Position numbers and translations under genes: made by a program. Of a stretch of DNA of 64,000 nt, positions 22,461 through 36,320 are shown one piece after another. Position 1 is the first letter of the stretch. Each line of letters starts with the position of its first letter. This stretch comes from Setoptus koraiensis (lineage: Eukaryota; Animalia; Arthropoda), in NCBI GenBank assembly GCA_048013815.1, contig CM106586.1, positions 7,936,001-8,000,000 of the forward strand, given 5' to 3'. The notes below the pieces were generated by a model that saw only the letters and a list, made by a program, of their open reading frames with translations, was not told where the DNA came from and made no database searches.

Positions 22461-24134
22461 TATAGACCGCTGACTAGGTGCATTCAATTATAAGCTTGCG
22501 AGTGGCCATTATGAGTGAGACAAGTGAATAAATGAAGGCACCAGCAGCCACGGTTTTTGGCCTCATTTTGCGTGGCCCCTCATTCTTGTACTCATGCACT
22601 AACTATGTGCTGATGCCATTTTATCCGCCATTATTATTCGCTACTATCATCGAGTTTGGCGCTCATGTGTGAGATAGCGAGCCAGACGGACAGATAGCGA
22701 GTTAGGCGGTGAGCGAGTGAGTGTGAGCGAGAGAGACACCGAGAATAAATAAATAAATTCCTGACCTCGCCGATAATAACTTTTTGTCCAGTCTGTCGGC
22801 TACATTCGGCTACAGTATCGGGCTTATATGTTTGCTTATACATTGTGGATATAATGCCATCGGTGGCGCTGCTCGTGCCTCCGAGCAACGACGCATCCAA
22901 CAAGCGCCGTGCAAACAGCAAACACACTCAAGAAAAGGGGCCCGTCATGACATAATTCTATCTATTATATTGACACATACTCACCAGTGCACTCAGTCAC
23001 AGATGCAACCAATGACGGCGCTTATTGACGACGGCGCCGGATAATGAGCTAAAGGCTTCCGTTTATAACTTGCTGATGACTCCATCTTGCGTACGCGCTA
23101 CTTATGCATGGGGGCGCCAGTTGGCCCGCAACCGCCAAATGCGACCGTGCTCTGGGCCGCAGACCGACGGTTTACACAAAGTTTGCATGATTTAATGGCC
23201 AGCCAGTGGGCCGAATGGTCGAGCAATATAAGCAGACTGATAGCAATCCAAGGTCGCCACTGTGCATTGGCTCTGGCCGCCGCCGCCGCCAGGAAGTTTG
23301 TCGGCCAGTGGGCGCTGGCAGCAGCGCCGCAGTAATCCGCTTATGGCCGCCGTTGCCGTTATCAGCTTCTCGGCCCCATCGGACGCCGGGCAAACAAATG
23401 GCGCCAAGTGAGACGCGGTTGTTACAGTTTGACGTTGCGTAATCGCACGCACACTTGCTCCGGTCGGCGCACCAACGTCGGCCAGCGCGCGATAGCGCGC
23501 AATACGTGGCCCATTACTGTTACTATTAGCGCACGTGGTGCTGGCCCCACGGGCGAGCGGTAAACGTGGCTGCACGTCACGAGACGCCGTAATGGTCTAG
23601 TCAAATTGAACCATGCAAATATTATTTGGTGTGTGCGTGTGCGCGTGCAAAAGCGAGATTGGCCGCCGATATTGAATGGAATAACAATCGCGAATAATGA
23701 TTCAGATCGGAAGGGATTAGAAGTTAGCGATCGCCTGTGAGCATTTGCAATTTGGGCTTGCCGCTGCGGCTGGCGCCGTTGCCGATAGCGCACTCAAGTT
23801 GCGGCTGGCAAGCTAACGGGATTTTGCAGCCGGCCGAACACTTCCAATTGACAGTTGACAATCGAGCGCGCGAGCGCGCGCATTCCTTACAAATTGTAAG
23901 TTACAATTGAAACAACTTAAAGAGATAGACGCAAAGAGAGAGCGAATTTCGAACAAGCTCGCCAATACATTATCTTGGATTCTCTTGCTCCAGCGGGCCC
24001 ACTGTTCGCTGACACAAACACAGGCGGACAGTTGCAAAGTGGCGAGCCAGCGCCATGTAATTGTGTCGCGCCAGACAAGTTCAAGTGGCCGAGACCCTGG
24101 CGGTCGTTGGTGTTGCTGTTGTGTGACTTGAGTC

Positions 24135-24170
24135 CCAATCTGGCCAATCTGGCCAATCTGGCCAATCTGG
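24135..24170. repeat. 9-bp tandem repeat (ccaatctgg)x4
   Basis: Direct reading of the sequence. Confidence 0.85.
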
Positions 24171-25663
24171 CTGCAATCTCGCGCCTGTGCAACAGTGACA
24201 CCCACTGACCATTCTATTATAGAATCTCTGCGTGGGCCGATGATGGCTCCATTGGCCAAATCTTATTCTTGTCAAACTTAACAAACCATGGGCTGCGTAG
24301 GAGGTGATGGCGCACGCGCAACCACTTTGTCAGTTGCCAGTCTGTCCGCTTTGCACGAGTATAAATTATTCTGATGGCGGCGAGCCTTGCACGGGCCTCT
24401 CTTGCCAGTTGGCGGTTGTTTGGTCGGACACACCGAAGCTGCAAACAAGCGCCAACAATGGCTATTTTGGGCGCCACGCAATGGCGATGGTGCCAATTGG
24501 GCCACGAGCAACACCAGAATGGATCATGTGGTGCTCCTTTGAATTACAACTCGCGCGCGCGCGAGACAACCAGCACCGCATACCCTCAGGCCTATACACG
24601 ACGCCGAGTCGCCCAACGTGCCCAATGTGCCGAAAGGGGTCCCGTCTGAGTTGATCGACACGAGCGCACGGGCCCCACATACTTGCTTACATGCGTTTCA
24701 TCGTATCTGGCAGCAGTCTGCATCTAGTGACAGCGGTGCCGGGCAACAGCAACTCGATACAGTAAGAAGCTATACAAGAATGTGTGTGTGTAGAGAACCG
24801 TCAAAAGAAACCACGAACAAAGGAATCGCTGATGATGACTCGCCAGACAACTAATGAGCCTAGCTAAATAAGTGAAAAGGAAATGATATTATGTTTGTCG
24901 GTTAGCCGCAACTTGACCCAGGCGCTCTCGTACAAATATGGAACGAGTCACATCAGACCAGTTGGTCGCTTGTTTGCCTTGTTTCGCGCCCACTGGCGAG
25001 CCGTTTGTCGAGATGCTAGCTGCTGGCACTGATACAAAATCTAAATATAACAACTATATCCAACTGTGCTGACCATATCCACACATACTGACCACATCTA
25101 GACACACTTGACCGCGGCTCGCTCGTCCCGTCAAGCTCGGCCTGTGGTGCGGGCTCGCGTTGAGCCGACAATTAAGTGGCAAGCAACAATATTCCAACTC
25201 CAAGTTGACCCGTTGAGCACACACTCACAATCAAATCAACAGAGGCACGTAGCCAGCGACTTTGCCCGCCAGAAATGCTCAACTGCGCTCGAGCGCCAAT
25301 CCATCAGAATCATCATCAGCGAGCGCCGACGCCCATCTACGAAGCCAGCGGACCCCATCGTGGCTTGAGTCGTCTCGAGTGAAATCAGTCGGCTCACTCG
25401 ATAGCGCTCTTGTAAGCGAGAGTTTCGTCGTGCAGCGCCAAGTGTCAGAATCATGCACTTCAACCGTGTCAACATGAAGCGAACATGATCGAGCAACCAG
25501 TTCCAATCTGGATAGTCGCTTGACTTGTCACCGCCGCTAATATCATCATATCGTATTAGTGATACAACACAAAAACAACAACAACGACAACGACAACAAC
25601 AACAACACGATGTTTGTTTGCGTATGACACACAAACAACTAGTGAGACATATACAACAGATAC

Positions 25664-28287
25664 ATGCAACGCATTATGGTGCTGTTATTAAATGAGACCC
25701 ACAACAAATTTTCGTGCGCTTCTTGGGTCAAGTCTTGTCAGTTTATCATGCCAGCTCATGTTGCACTCATAATCATATTTTATCTAATTGATCATCATCA
25801 TCACCATCATCATCGTAGTCAAGTGTTTGCATCGTCACCAACATCGTCGTCGTCATCATTATCAAACATTAACGGAATAGTTACATCATCATTGTTATCG
25901 GCCACAACATCCAATCAGCGACAGCAATCAGCCAGCAATAGGCCAGGCGGTACCGTTAGTCCGCTTGCAAATGCCTGGTCTAAGACCAGTGTTGCCAATG
26001 CTTACAAACAACAACAGCAGCAACAACAGCAACAGCAACAACAATTGAATAGAAACAACCAATCGACAGCGCTAAAACACAAATCAATGAAACAAGCGCC
26101 AACAACAACAACAACAACGTTGGCCAACACCAGCAGCAACAACAACAATGTAAAAACTAATAACAACAACGATGATGACGTCGAGCCACCAAATCCCAAC
26201 ATCAACAACGCAGGCCACAATATCACCAGAATATTGACTGCCTTCTTCGAGCATGGCTACGATAAGCGTGTCAGGCCCAACTATTCGGGACCGCCCGCCA
26301 TGGTCAATGTTAGCTTCCATATAATAGGCATTAGTTCCGTTAGCGAGGTTCAGATGGACTTTACGACGGACTTTTATTTTCGCCAGAAATGGTATGATCC
26401 AAGATTAATGTTTGAGCCTATAGGCGAAATAAAGGAGTTGTGTGTGGGCGCCGAATTTGCAGAGAAAATCTGGCTACCTGATACGTTTTTTGCTAATGAA
26501 AAAACGGCAACATTTCACAAGGCCACCACTGAGAACACTTTTATAAGAATTGCACACACAGGCAGGGTGTACAGAAGTATAAGATTGACAGTTACCTGTT
26601 CGTGTCCCATGGATTTGCAGTATTTTCCCATGGACAGGCAACGGTGCAAAATAGAGATAGAGAGCTACGGTTACAATACGCGAGACATTGATTATCGCTG
26701 GGAAAAGGGCAACGAATCCGTTAGTATGGACACCAAAATTGAATTGCCCCAATTTAAAATATTGGGCCATCGCATGGGCCACGAATTGCAAAATCTAAGC
26801 TCGGGCGATTATATCAGATTGTACTGCGAGATTCACTTTGTGCGCTCTATGGGCTATTATCTAATTCAAATTTATATACCTGCCAGCTTGATAGTGATTA
26901 TCAGTTGGGTGTCGTTTTGGTTGCATCGAAACGCAACACCGGCTAGAGTGGCCCTAGGTGTCACCACTGTGCTGACAATGACAACATTAATGTCAAGCAC
27001 CAACGCCGCCCTGCCAAAGATATCCTACGTCAAATCCATTGACGTCTTTCTGGGCACCTGTTTCGTCATGGTGTTTGCCTCGCTCTTGGAGTACGCCACC
27101 GTGGGCTACGTGGGCAAGCGGATCAACATGAAAAGCAAGCGCCAGCAAGACCAACAACGGCTTCATCAGCACCACCAGAAGGTGTGTCTGGCTGCCGCAG
27201 CGGCGGCGGCCTCGTCGAACGTGGGCGCCACTTCCACTTCCGGTGGCGCCGCACCGGCTTCTGTTAATTTTAGTCAATACAAACAAAATCCAGATACTCA
27301 GCAACAGCAGCAGCAGCAGATACTCAAATCGCCCAATCTGCAAAATCGTCATGTGATGTCAGAGGCAAATTTTGTGAGCGATCAAAGCAGTGAGAAGGGC
27401 CCTATTGTTTCCTATTGCCAACAACAATCGGAACATCTCAGACAGCCACAACAACAACAACAACAACAGAAGCGACCGTACTTTGGCACTCAGCAACAGC
27501 AACAACTACCTAAAATCCATACCGCACAGAGGAGGAGATCAATGTCGCAACAGCAGCAACAACAAACGCGCGATGCCATTTATACATCGCAAACGATTGC
27601 AGTTCATCGTCATCTGCCAGACTCAGAGCCCATCTACGGCCAGAGGTCTGCAATAAAGGTGAGTCTCGCCATGAATATTATTATGTAATTAATTGAATTT
27701 TGGATTTTATTTGAATATTTGTTGCAATGTCAGTCTAACTAAACTTGTTTTCTGTCTAATAACGATGCCAGGTTATGATAGATCATGCCAGCCAAGCCCG
27801 TGGCGGTTGCCAACCAATTTATCGGTCGCAACAATCTGTGAATGATGACACAAGGACGGGCCTACTGGAGTCTGTAAATTTTGCAGTGAACGATATGACG
27901 TCACACCAGCAACAGCAACAACAGCAGCAACAACAACAACAACAACAATTATTACAATTACGAACAGCAAATTCAAACCAACCGACACAAACAACTAATG
28001 TAGACACTAGTCAGACGAGCAATCAAAAGCAAACAACAACTGTCGCTGGTAGCGCCCCGGTGACGTCAAGTGTAGGTCCTAGCGCTGACTTAGCCGAGGG
28101 TGCTGCCGCCATCAAAGATATGATCAGAATATGTGGTTGCACACCGAGCAGCATAGACAAATATTCTAGGGTTCTATTTCCAATTTGTTTTGTTTGTTTC
28201 AACTTAATGTACTGGATAATCTATGGCCACATAAGCGGTCAAGTGGACGACAAGGGTGCGCCATTGATAGACTTTATTAAATCGTGA
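25664..28287 (+). CDS. Rdl: GABA-gated chloride channel subunit Rdl (about 836 aa, or 808 aa from ATG 25748)
   Basis: join(25664..27658,27772..28287), phase-0 intron in the M3-M4 loop. Motifs YDKRVRPNY, Cys-loop [16 protein letters not shown]2 [17 protein letters not shown]4 [21 protein letters not shown]. Confidence 0.95.
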
Positions 28288-30889
28288 TTTGTTTTGAAAT
28301 ATATAGGTAGTTGGTCGCGCACTACGACTACTATATCAAGCGTCAAACGTCAAACGTCAAACCAAACCAAAAGAAAAACAGAAACTTGTCAATCAATTAA
28401 TCTATTTCTGAGCAATAACAACTTGTTTGCCGGCGAGTTTGTGGCGCTCACAATTTTGTCCACTCTATCGCTCCCCGGCCCCCTTCCCCTTTATTCTCCC
28501 TTCGCCCATGTCCTCCCTTTGCCCCACGCCTCTTTCGCGACAATTGTACCCTTTCCTCTCATATTGTCATCCTATTAAAGCCACGCGATGAAGCCTCGTG
28601 ACAGGGCAGGAAAAAGAAAATGAAGAGGAAGAGTGACTACGCAAAGAGAAGGAGGAGAAAGTTGTAACGTTTTTCCCCTTACAGCCGTGGCGATGTTGTG
28701 GCGACCAACATCTAAAAAAAAGTTATAAATGCTTACGCGGGAGTAACCTATTGATTGAATTAAAGATGAACAAATAGACGCTGAGGCAACAACTTGTTAT
28801 TATAGAACAATTTGTTGCTTTGTTGAGTTATTGTGGAAGCAACAATAACTCATGATGAAAACGACAACAACGTCGGACAATTTTGTGTCATCGACAGTTC
28901 TAAATATAGCCGAATCTAGTAACTATTGTGGTTGTCTCAATCAAAAGTAACCGCTCCAATTGTCACACCAAACGCTCATGCTATTGATGACTATTGTAAG
29001 ATGAGAAGAAACAAAAAAGATCAGATGATGTCCAATCAAACGATTCAACATCATCTGATCGGTTGACTAGCATCGTGATCTCAATGGACCAACTTGACAG
29101 GGGGAGACAGAGAGACAGAAAAAAACAAACAAATTATATAGTTGTATCATCATCAAGGAGTAGAGGAGAGCTCTCTATCTTTGCTAGATATTCTTTCTTT
29201 AGATTGATCTGGCTATCTGATTTAATCACTGTGCCTGTGTGTCTATCACATCATCTGTTGATTAATAAATTTATAGTCGTATACCTATTAAATGTTTATC
29301 GGTGATATGGAGCGGACCAGAAGAACAGTGGTGGTATCTCACAGCAATAATTATCATTTTCTTATTTCTATGCGCCATAAATGTTTCCTGTTAGATGACA
29401 AGTGATTTATATTTCCACAAAGATGACGAGCGATATATCATTCGATGGTGATTCAATGATCGATCGAGCGATCTATTTTCACCTATCTGTCAAACAATCA
29501 AGATGCTTGCGCCCTCCTAGCCTACTAATTTAACATCAAGCTAGTTAAATATCGTTGATATCAGATTGATATATTTATTATTGTTATTGATAGCGAACGT
29601 CACAAGTTTACAGTTAAGTAGGGGCGAGTATAGGACAACAACAATTTTACATTTATCTCATTAGATTTGTACCACCATCTATAAATATCTGCCTTGTTTT
29701 GACAACTATTTTAATCAATTTGTGTGTCTGTGTTTTGAGCGAGTGAGCGGGTTTTCAAACAAATAAATAACAACCGTCATTGTTATTATCATCTATCTAG
29801 AGAAAGTACCTACAGTCAAACATTCACTAATAATGAAACAATGTTGTCCAACAATTTATTTATATTGTGACTCGTATGATCTATTGCAATCATTTTTGAT
29901 ACCATTCATTTCGATCATTATTAATACCATTGAATGTTGACGAAAATTTTTCAAAAGTTCTAAACTTTGGTCTTCGCACATGATAGCAAATAAAAGATAT
30001 AGATAGACAATCATCATACAAGTTGATTGGTTGTTGTTGGTGGCACTTGTCAGTTAGACAGTCAATTGTTTCCAGATAAGCCCACTAATTATAACGAGGC
30101 CCTTTAATGAGTAATGTCTATGAGTGCTACTCAAGTCCAACTTAATCAATTGTCTGATCAAATGTATATCATCATAAATTATGGTAAATACTACTACATA
30201 AAGATTAGATAATAAGTAAATTATATGAAAGTGAATTCATCATCGCAAGTGATTGCATATCTCTCGTTGTTGCTGCACAACAACAACTCTTCAACTACGC
30301 AAATATATAATGACTTAGTAAAAGTGCAAAAGTGAAATATACATGATAATTGAAGCCACCCCTCGGCTAAACCTCAAATAAGATTTTCAGCAAGATTATT
30401 ATTATATAATACAATATAAATGAGTAGTCATCAGATTACATATAATCTGAATACGACTCAGACTAATTTTTCTGATTATTTTATATTTGACTAGTCTATT
30501 TCCTGTAACTTGCTAAGTGGTAGTGATTCCCATTGAGATACCATCAATACATATATTAATTTTATCATAATACTTTCAGTTGTAGAGCTACATTAGAAAA
30601 TAATTCGATTAGATAATCACATCTTTATATACACTAGAAGGAAGAAAAACAGCAATAAGATTCACACACAACTTGGCTTGTGTCAAATTATTACCATACA
30701 GAATCTCATATTGCCTATGAACTCTTTCCTTTACCACAACTACAATTTGAGCAATGTATGCACACATACCATTTTATTCAACAGTCCACTTCATAATAGC
30801 TTAATAGTAAGCTAAATAGTATACTAATTACTCACCATTAATTAACAATAATATCGTTGTAGTATTATATTAACACATATATGCACACT

Positions 30890-30916
30890 TATATATATAT
30901 ATATATATATATATAT
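30890..30916. repeat. (TA)n microsatellite
   Basis: Perfect TA run immediately upstream of BCAT. Confidence 0.9.
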
Positions 30917-30973
30917 TTCAACCTATATATAACTTCGTAGTTTTACCTATCAACTAAACACAAGTTTGACAAT

Positions 30974-32338
30974 ATGGCTACTTCCGCTCTGTTTAAGTTA
31001 CTGTTGCCAGTGAAGAATGGTTGCAAATTATGTCGTTTAGACGTCTTTGCTTTGCCTCAAAATTTCAGCAAAAAGAATTCTAGACTATGTCATAGTTATG
31101 CAAGCAAACCTTCAGCTTCCTATAATTATTCATTCAAATTTAGTCAATTAGAAGAGAGACAGTGCGCCATTGAAGATCTTAAAGCAAAACCCGACTCAAA
31201 CAATTTGGCGTTCGGAAAGAACTTCACAGATCATATGTTCAGAGTAGATTGGGATACTGAACATGGTTGGTCTACGCCCAAAATTTGCCAGATGCATAAC
31301 TTGGAACTTCATCCGGCAGCAAAAGTGCTTCACTATGCACAAGAGGTAAGTAAGCTCACATTACACACAATCGATATCATGGTGCATAAGTACTGCTATC
31401 AACATCTATTTATCATCATTTTCTTTCAGGCTTTTGAGGGCTCCAAAGCATTTAGAGGTGAAGATGGTGTGATCAGATTCTTCAGATTGGACGCAAATAT
31501 CGAAAGATTGCTCAAGTCAGCTTGTCGGTTGTCTTTGCCCGAGTTCGATCCAGACGAATTGAGTCGATGCATACATAGACTGGTGTCTATAGAAAAGGAA
31601 TGGATTCCGGCCACCGAAGACCAACAATTGGCATCGCTATATATCAGGCCCACCTACATTGGAGTAGACCCAACTCTTGGTGTCGCCACATCTCGTCAAG
31701 CTATTCTGTATGTGCTACTATCGCCGGTGGGACCATACTTTAAAACTGGCTTTAAGCCCGTCTCATTGTACACTGACCCGGCGTATGTGAGAGCTTGGCC
31801 CGGAGGTGCAGGGGACTCAAAATTGGGATCTAATTATGCTCCTACTATAGAATTACAAAAGCGAGCAGAGGAACTGGGATTGCAACAAGTGCTGTGGCTA
31901 TTTGGCGATGATATGAAGTTAACTGAAGTTGGCACCATGAACATTTTTGTCTGTTATAGAACAAATGGAGGCCGGTTGCAACTTGTCACGCCACCGCTAG
32001 CGGACGGACTAATTTTACCTGGCATAACTAGATCATCTATAATAGAAATAGTTAGCGAATGGGATGATGTAGATGTCATACAGAGGCATATAACAATTGG
32101 CGAAATCAAGCGATTGATTTACGAAGATCGTTTGATTGAAATGTTCGGCTCAGGCACAGCTTGTATAGTATGTCCGATTAATCTGATTCAGTTTGCTACA
32201 GGGGAAATCATAGAGATTCCCGTCCCAGATGCTAATTCTTGCGTAGCTAGTACGTTAACGCAAAGAATCTTGAAATCTATAACGGACATTCAGTACGGTC
32301 GAGTCTCTCATCCGTGGACGCAAGAGCTGAAAGAATAA
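30974..32338 (+). CDS. BCAT: Branched-chain amino acid aminotransferase, probably mitochondrial
   Basis: join(30974..31345,31430..32338); splicing gives LHYAQEAFEGSKAFRG. PLP-lysine region GDSKLGSNY, plus EVGTMNIF and ILPGITR. Basic presequence-like N-terminus. Confidence 0.95.
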   Translation: MATSALFKLLLPVKNGCKLCRLDVFALPQNFSKKNSRLCHSYASKPSASYNYSFKFSQLEERQCAIEDLKAKPDSNNLAFGKNFTDHMFRVDWDTEHGWSTPKICQMHNLELHPAAKVLHYAQEVSKLTLHTIDIMVHKYCYQHLFIIIFFQAFEGSKAFRGEDGVIRFFRLDANIERLLKSACRLSLPEFDPDELSRCIHRLVSIEKEWIPATEDQQLASLYIRPTYIGVDPTLGVATSRQAILYVLLSPVGPYFKTGFKPVSLYTDPAYVRAWPGGAGDSKLGSNYAPTIELQKRAEELGLQQVLWLFGDDMKLTEVGTMNIFVCYRTNGGRLQLVTPPLADGLILPGITRSSIIEIVSEWDDVDVIQRHITIGEIKRLIYEDRLIEMFGSGTACIVCPINLIQFATGEIIEIPVPDANSCVASTLTQRILKSITDIQYGRVSHPWTQELKE

Positions 32339-32517
32339 TGTAGAATAAATAAAGACAAATTCTGAGAATTCTCATGCTAAACTTGAATGAAACTGAAATT
32401 GATTGAACATATCATTTGTGAGTAATTGATTGATTGAATTTTCTCAAAATTGAACAATTCTTTTTTTCATCAATTGTAATTCCTTTTAAACTTTTTTCAA
32501 CAGACTTGAGCAAGAGA

Positions 32518-35500
32518 TCATGTTTCATGCATTCTGGAAGCTGAAGAATTTGAAACAGCATAGTCCAATTGTTGCTTAAATTCAGTATAGATACGTTGAT
32601 ATCTCAGATCAGTAGCTACGATAGACAAAACGTCGCGCAGTAAATCTGTTTTATCAAGACCAATGATGGAGTTACTGGTTTCATTATCCATCTTGCCTAA
32701 AAGGTCGACACCAAATATGCTGCTCATGAGACTGCAACAGAGATCCTTCAATCTTGCCTCGTTTCCTGTATTTACGAAGTGCTGTGTCGATTGTATGATC
32801 CAGTACCGATATTCATTGATAGAATTGATGGAGATCGAAGCTGCAACTTGTTGATCTAGGAAACTGCTCGTTGCTCTAGGTTGTAGAGTGCTTGAATGGT
32901 TCTTATTCAACATAAGAGCATGACGAGTGATATCAAAAGTACTTTGAGATTGTATTGAAGCTAATGGCAAGGATTTCTTAAGGTCGAGAAGATTGGATTT
33001 ATAATTATCATTCTGAAGAAATCTCCGGATTGACGATATAGATGACTTTTGATTTGACCATTTCGAAATTAAATCATTGGAATCATTGATTAAAGTCCAG
33101 CACTTGAGATCATAGTCGTAAAGGAAGGATCTTCCAGTTGATAGTATAAGTAGAGGTTGATAGAGTTCCGTTAAGCTACAGCTCAATATTTCTATCTCAT
33201 CGGGGGAGTTGTGGGTGGATTGTTGGTTATTATACTCAGATGCCTTATTCAATTTAATCGGTCTTTGTGAGAGTTTGTCTTGAGTTGGCTGTGTCAAGAG
33301 AGGCATTATAGTCTCGTTGCGTATGATTGCTTTGTTATTTTTAAAATCCCACTGCCATAGATTTGAATTTGAAGTGATCACCATAACATGATATGCTTCG
33401 ACTGCAATATGAGACACCAAGGAATCTAATAGTATAGGAGGACGGAGGCGACGACCTGACAAAGTGTCGAATAAATTCAATGTGTGATCAATACATGTCA
33501 CAACGGTTACATTCTCACTAGCCATTAGAGCACAGGTCTTGGTCGACAATAGATTGTCCCAGATTCTATTGTTACCTTGGTCTACGAGTCTCAGCTCAGC
33601 CAACTTAGATGAATTGTAATCGTTTTCGACCTCTATGGAGTATACTTGATCTGATATGCAGACTGACCTGTCGGCAGTTTTTTCAATAGTTAGTGGTGGT
33701 AACATATGGAACTTTTGAGACAAGTCTTTCTTCATTGTCAAGTTCGAGGATTTTAAAGTGGCAGCCTGATTAGAGCTTTGTACTTCGTTGTTCTGTTTAG
33801 AAGTATTGAAGGAGGCAGATTGATCTACCTGCTTTGTTTGAGGCGGATTGTTAGTGACTTGAGATGATTGTTTCGGCTTTCCTTTCTTATTAATCATTGA
33901 TGTGACTTCGGGATTGAGCTTTCTTTTAACCCCTGATGAAGATGCGTTTTTGTTGTTGTTATTATTGTTGTTATTTTTGGCGTCATTTGTTGTGTGCGGC
34001 TGTTTTAGTTGAGTCTGGTTAGTTTTACTAATCAGTAAACTTTGCCCACCATTTATTTGAGGCTGCTTGTGCTCACTATCAGGCTTGGTTGACATAGGTG
34101 GAGACCGCGAGAGATTTCTAGGTGGAGAGTTATCGATTACCTGTTGGCTGATATTGTTATTCGATGGCAAGGGTTGGCTAGAAGCTTTTTGTGGTGAGTT
34201 CGTAGTTGATTGGCGACTATCATCTCTCACTTCAATCATGATCTGAGTCTTGGATTCTTTTGATGAACTGAATGTAATTTTGCTATTATTAGCGTTGAAT
34301 GGTAAGGGAGATCCATCGAGTGGAAGATATATTGGAGTAATTCTTCTCCTTCCGCCAGGCATGAGCGTTTCAATTTGTTTGTCTGTTGGGCCTTTTGACA
34401 TACTTTCTAAAGAATTGTTATTCTCTCCTAGACCACTTCTACAATGAGAATTATCATATCCGTTTTGAGATAGACTATTAGAATGACTACTTTGGTTGAG
34501 TTGATCTTGTATTTCTCTATGCCTTCTTCTCTGATCTTCCTGTGCCTTCAAGAGATCGGCATCTTCGACCAAAAATTGCTTCTTAGAATTATTTGAGATG
34601 AGAGTTTTTCCATATAGCTTTTGGTGATGAAGCAACTTCTCTTCTTGAGTTAGCATCTGTCCAAGTTCCTCCTTTCTGAAATGAATCACAGCAATGGAAC
34701 CATCTTGTGAGCAGGCAATGAGATGATAACCTTCTGGAGACCAACTGATATCTAATACTGAGCTACTAAATAGGTCATGAGCTACGGTTAAAGGTCTAGG
34801 TTGATTAGTGAGCCAAACAGAGAGGGATCTATCACGTGAACCGATTGCGACGCAACAATACCTAAGAGGCTTGTTGTCTTTTGCAGACGACGTTTGTTTG
34901 TTGTTTTTGGTTCCATTTGAGTTACTGTTAGTACTATGCTGTTCCGATGATTGTTTTTTGTTATTATCACGAATGAAGTGAGTTAAAATATTTGGATTAG
35001 GCCTAACACATGTAATAGCTTTTCTGTGACCTACCAAGTCACGAGAGGCTTTCCAGCCATCTCTCTCTATTATTTGTGAAGTGGACCCTCTGTTGTTCAT
35101 GGCATGCGCTGAAAATAATAGCTGTCCATCGGGAGACCAACCTAACCTTAATACATGAGTTGTGCCACCACATTCTTTGAATGGTTCATCAATTAATACC
35201 TCTTCTCTCCAATCATTTGTGCGCCATATTCTCACTGTTTTGTCATCTGATTGTGAGGCTAAATATTTGCCAATAGGATCCCATGAGACACCTTTAACAA
35301 GGCCAGTGTGGCCCGTGATTTTAGTTATGACTTGAGGAAAATTAAGTACATCCCAGACAATGATTAGATTGTCCACGCTGCACGAGGCCAAATAGGAATC
35401 ATTGGGATTCCAGGCAAGATCTAGAATGTCGCCGCCATGGCCATGAAGTGTTGTTATGCAGCGCCATTGTTCAAAGTTAGCCGGCGCAAAAGATGTACTA

Positions 35501-35942
35501 TTTTGGCCAGATGACTGATGGTTACTGTATATTCTTCCTGAATTTTGCCACACCATGAGACTTTTATCATCGCCGGCCGATGCCAGAAATTTGCCTTTGC
35601 TCGACCACCTCACACAATTGATGCACGCTAAATGATTGTCCATCTGGCACAAAATCTTTGGTATGTCATCTTTCATTTCGAGACTTTCGTCGAGCAAGGG
35701 GGCCATATTCCAAATGATAACCCTTCCGCATTTGTCTGGGCCTAAGGGGACGTGTATGGGGGTAGGGAGAGAGATAAAGTGGGGGCGTTAAGAAAAAGAT
35801 TGACGTTTTGTAAAAAGTAGCTACGACGGCGCTAATACTGACCTTGGCCACCGGTTGCAAATCTGGTGCCATCTGGATGGATATCGACAGAAAATATTGG
35901 ATTGCCATCGTGGCCAACCCAAGTGGGTTTGAATATTTTCAT
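32518..35942 (-). CDS. HIRA: Histone chaperone HIRA (1107 aa)
   Basis: complement(join(32518..35741,35843..35942)). Exon 1 [34 protein letters not shown] was found manually. Also [17 protein letters not shown] and the B-domain-like GGRRRITP. Confidence 0.96.
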
Positions 35943-36241
35943 AATAATAATAATGATATTATAATAATATAATAATTATAATATCAATAATGCTGTTCCA
36001 GTCCAATTGTAATACTGAATGAAACCCCGAGAAATTATTCTTAAAATATCAAGCTGATAATAATGGCTATTTGTTCGAAAAGTAATTGGGGTAAATTTCT
36101 TTCAGCGCCTTGCTGCCTTGTCTCCTTTTCTCCTTTTCTCATTCTCTATCATTCTCGCACGATGGACAGGGGCATCCATGCACAGAGATTACAGTAGTGG
36201 TAGTGTAATTTTCACATCACAGAAAAATATAAATAAGACAT

Positions 36242-36242
36242 G

Positions 36243-36273
<31 letters not shown>

Positions 36274-36320
36274 ACACATATATATTATATATAAGGCACA
36301 CACAGACACACACACACATA
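36242..36320. repeat. (CA)n-rich microsatellite
   Basis: CA runs in the HIRA/SLC25A44 intergenic region. Confidence 0.8.

Noticed and set aside
20183-25634. Many 60-150 aa ORFs upstream of Rdl
   Set aside because: Overlap on both strands, often start at non-ATG codons, low complexity and no recognisable motifs; expected in GC-richer non-coding DNA.
29019-29060. Perfect 13-bp stem downstream of Rdl
   Set aside because: Too short for a pre-miRNA and does not extend; may be chance or a minor UTR structure.
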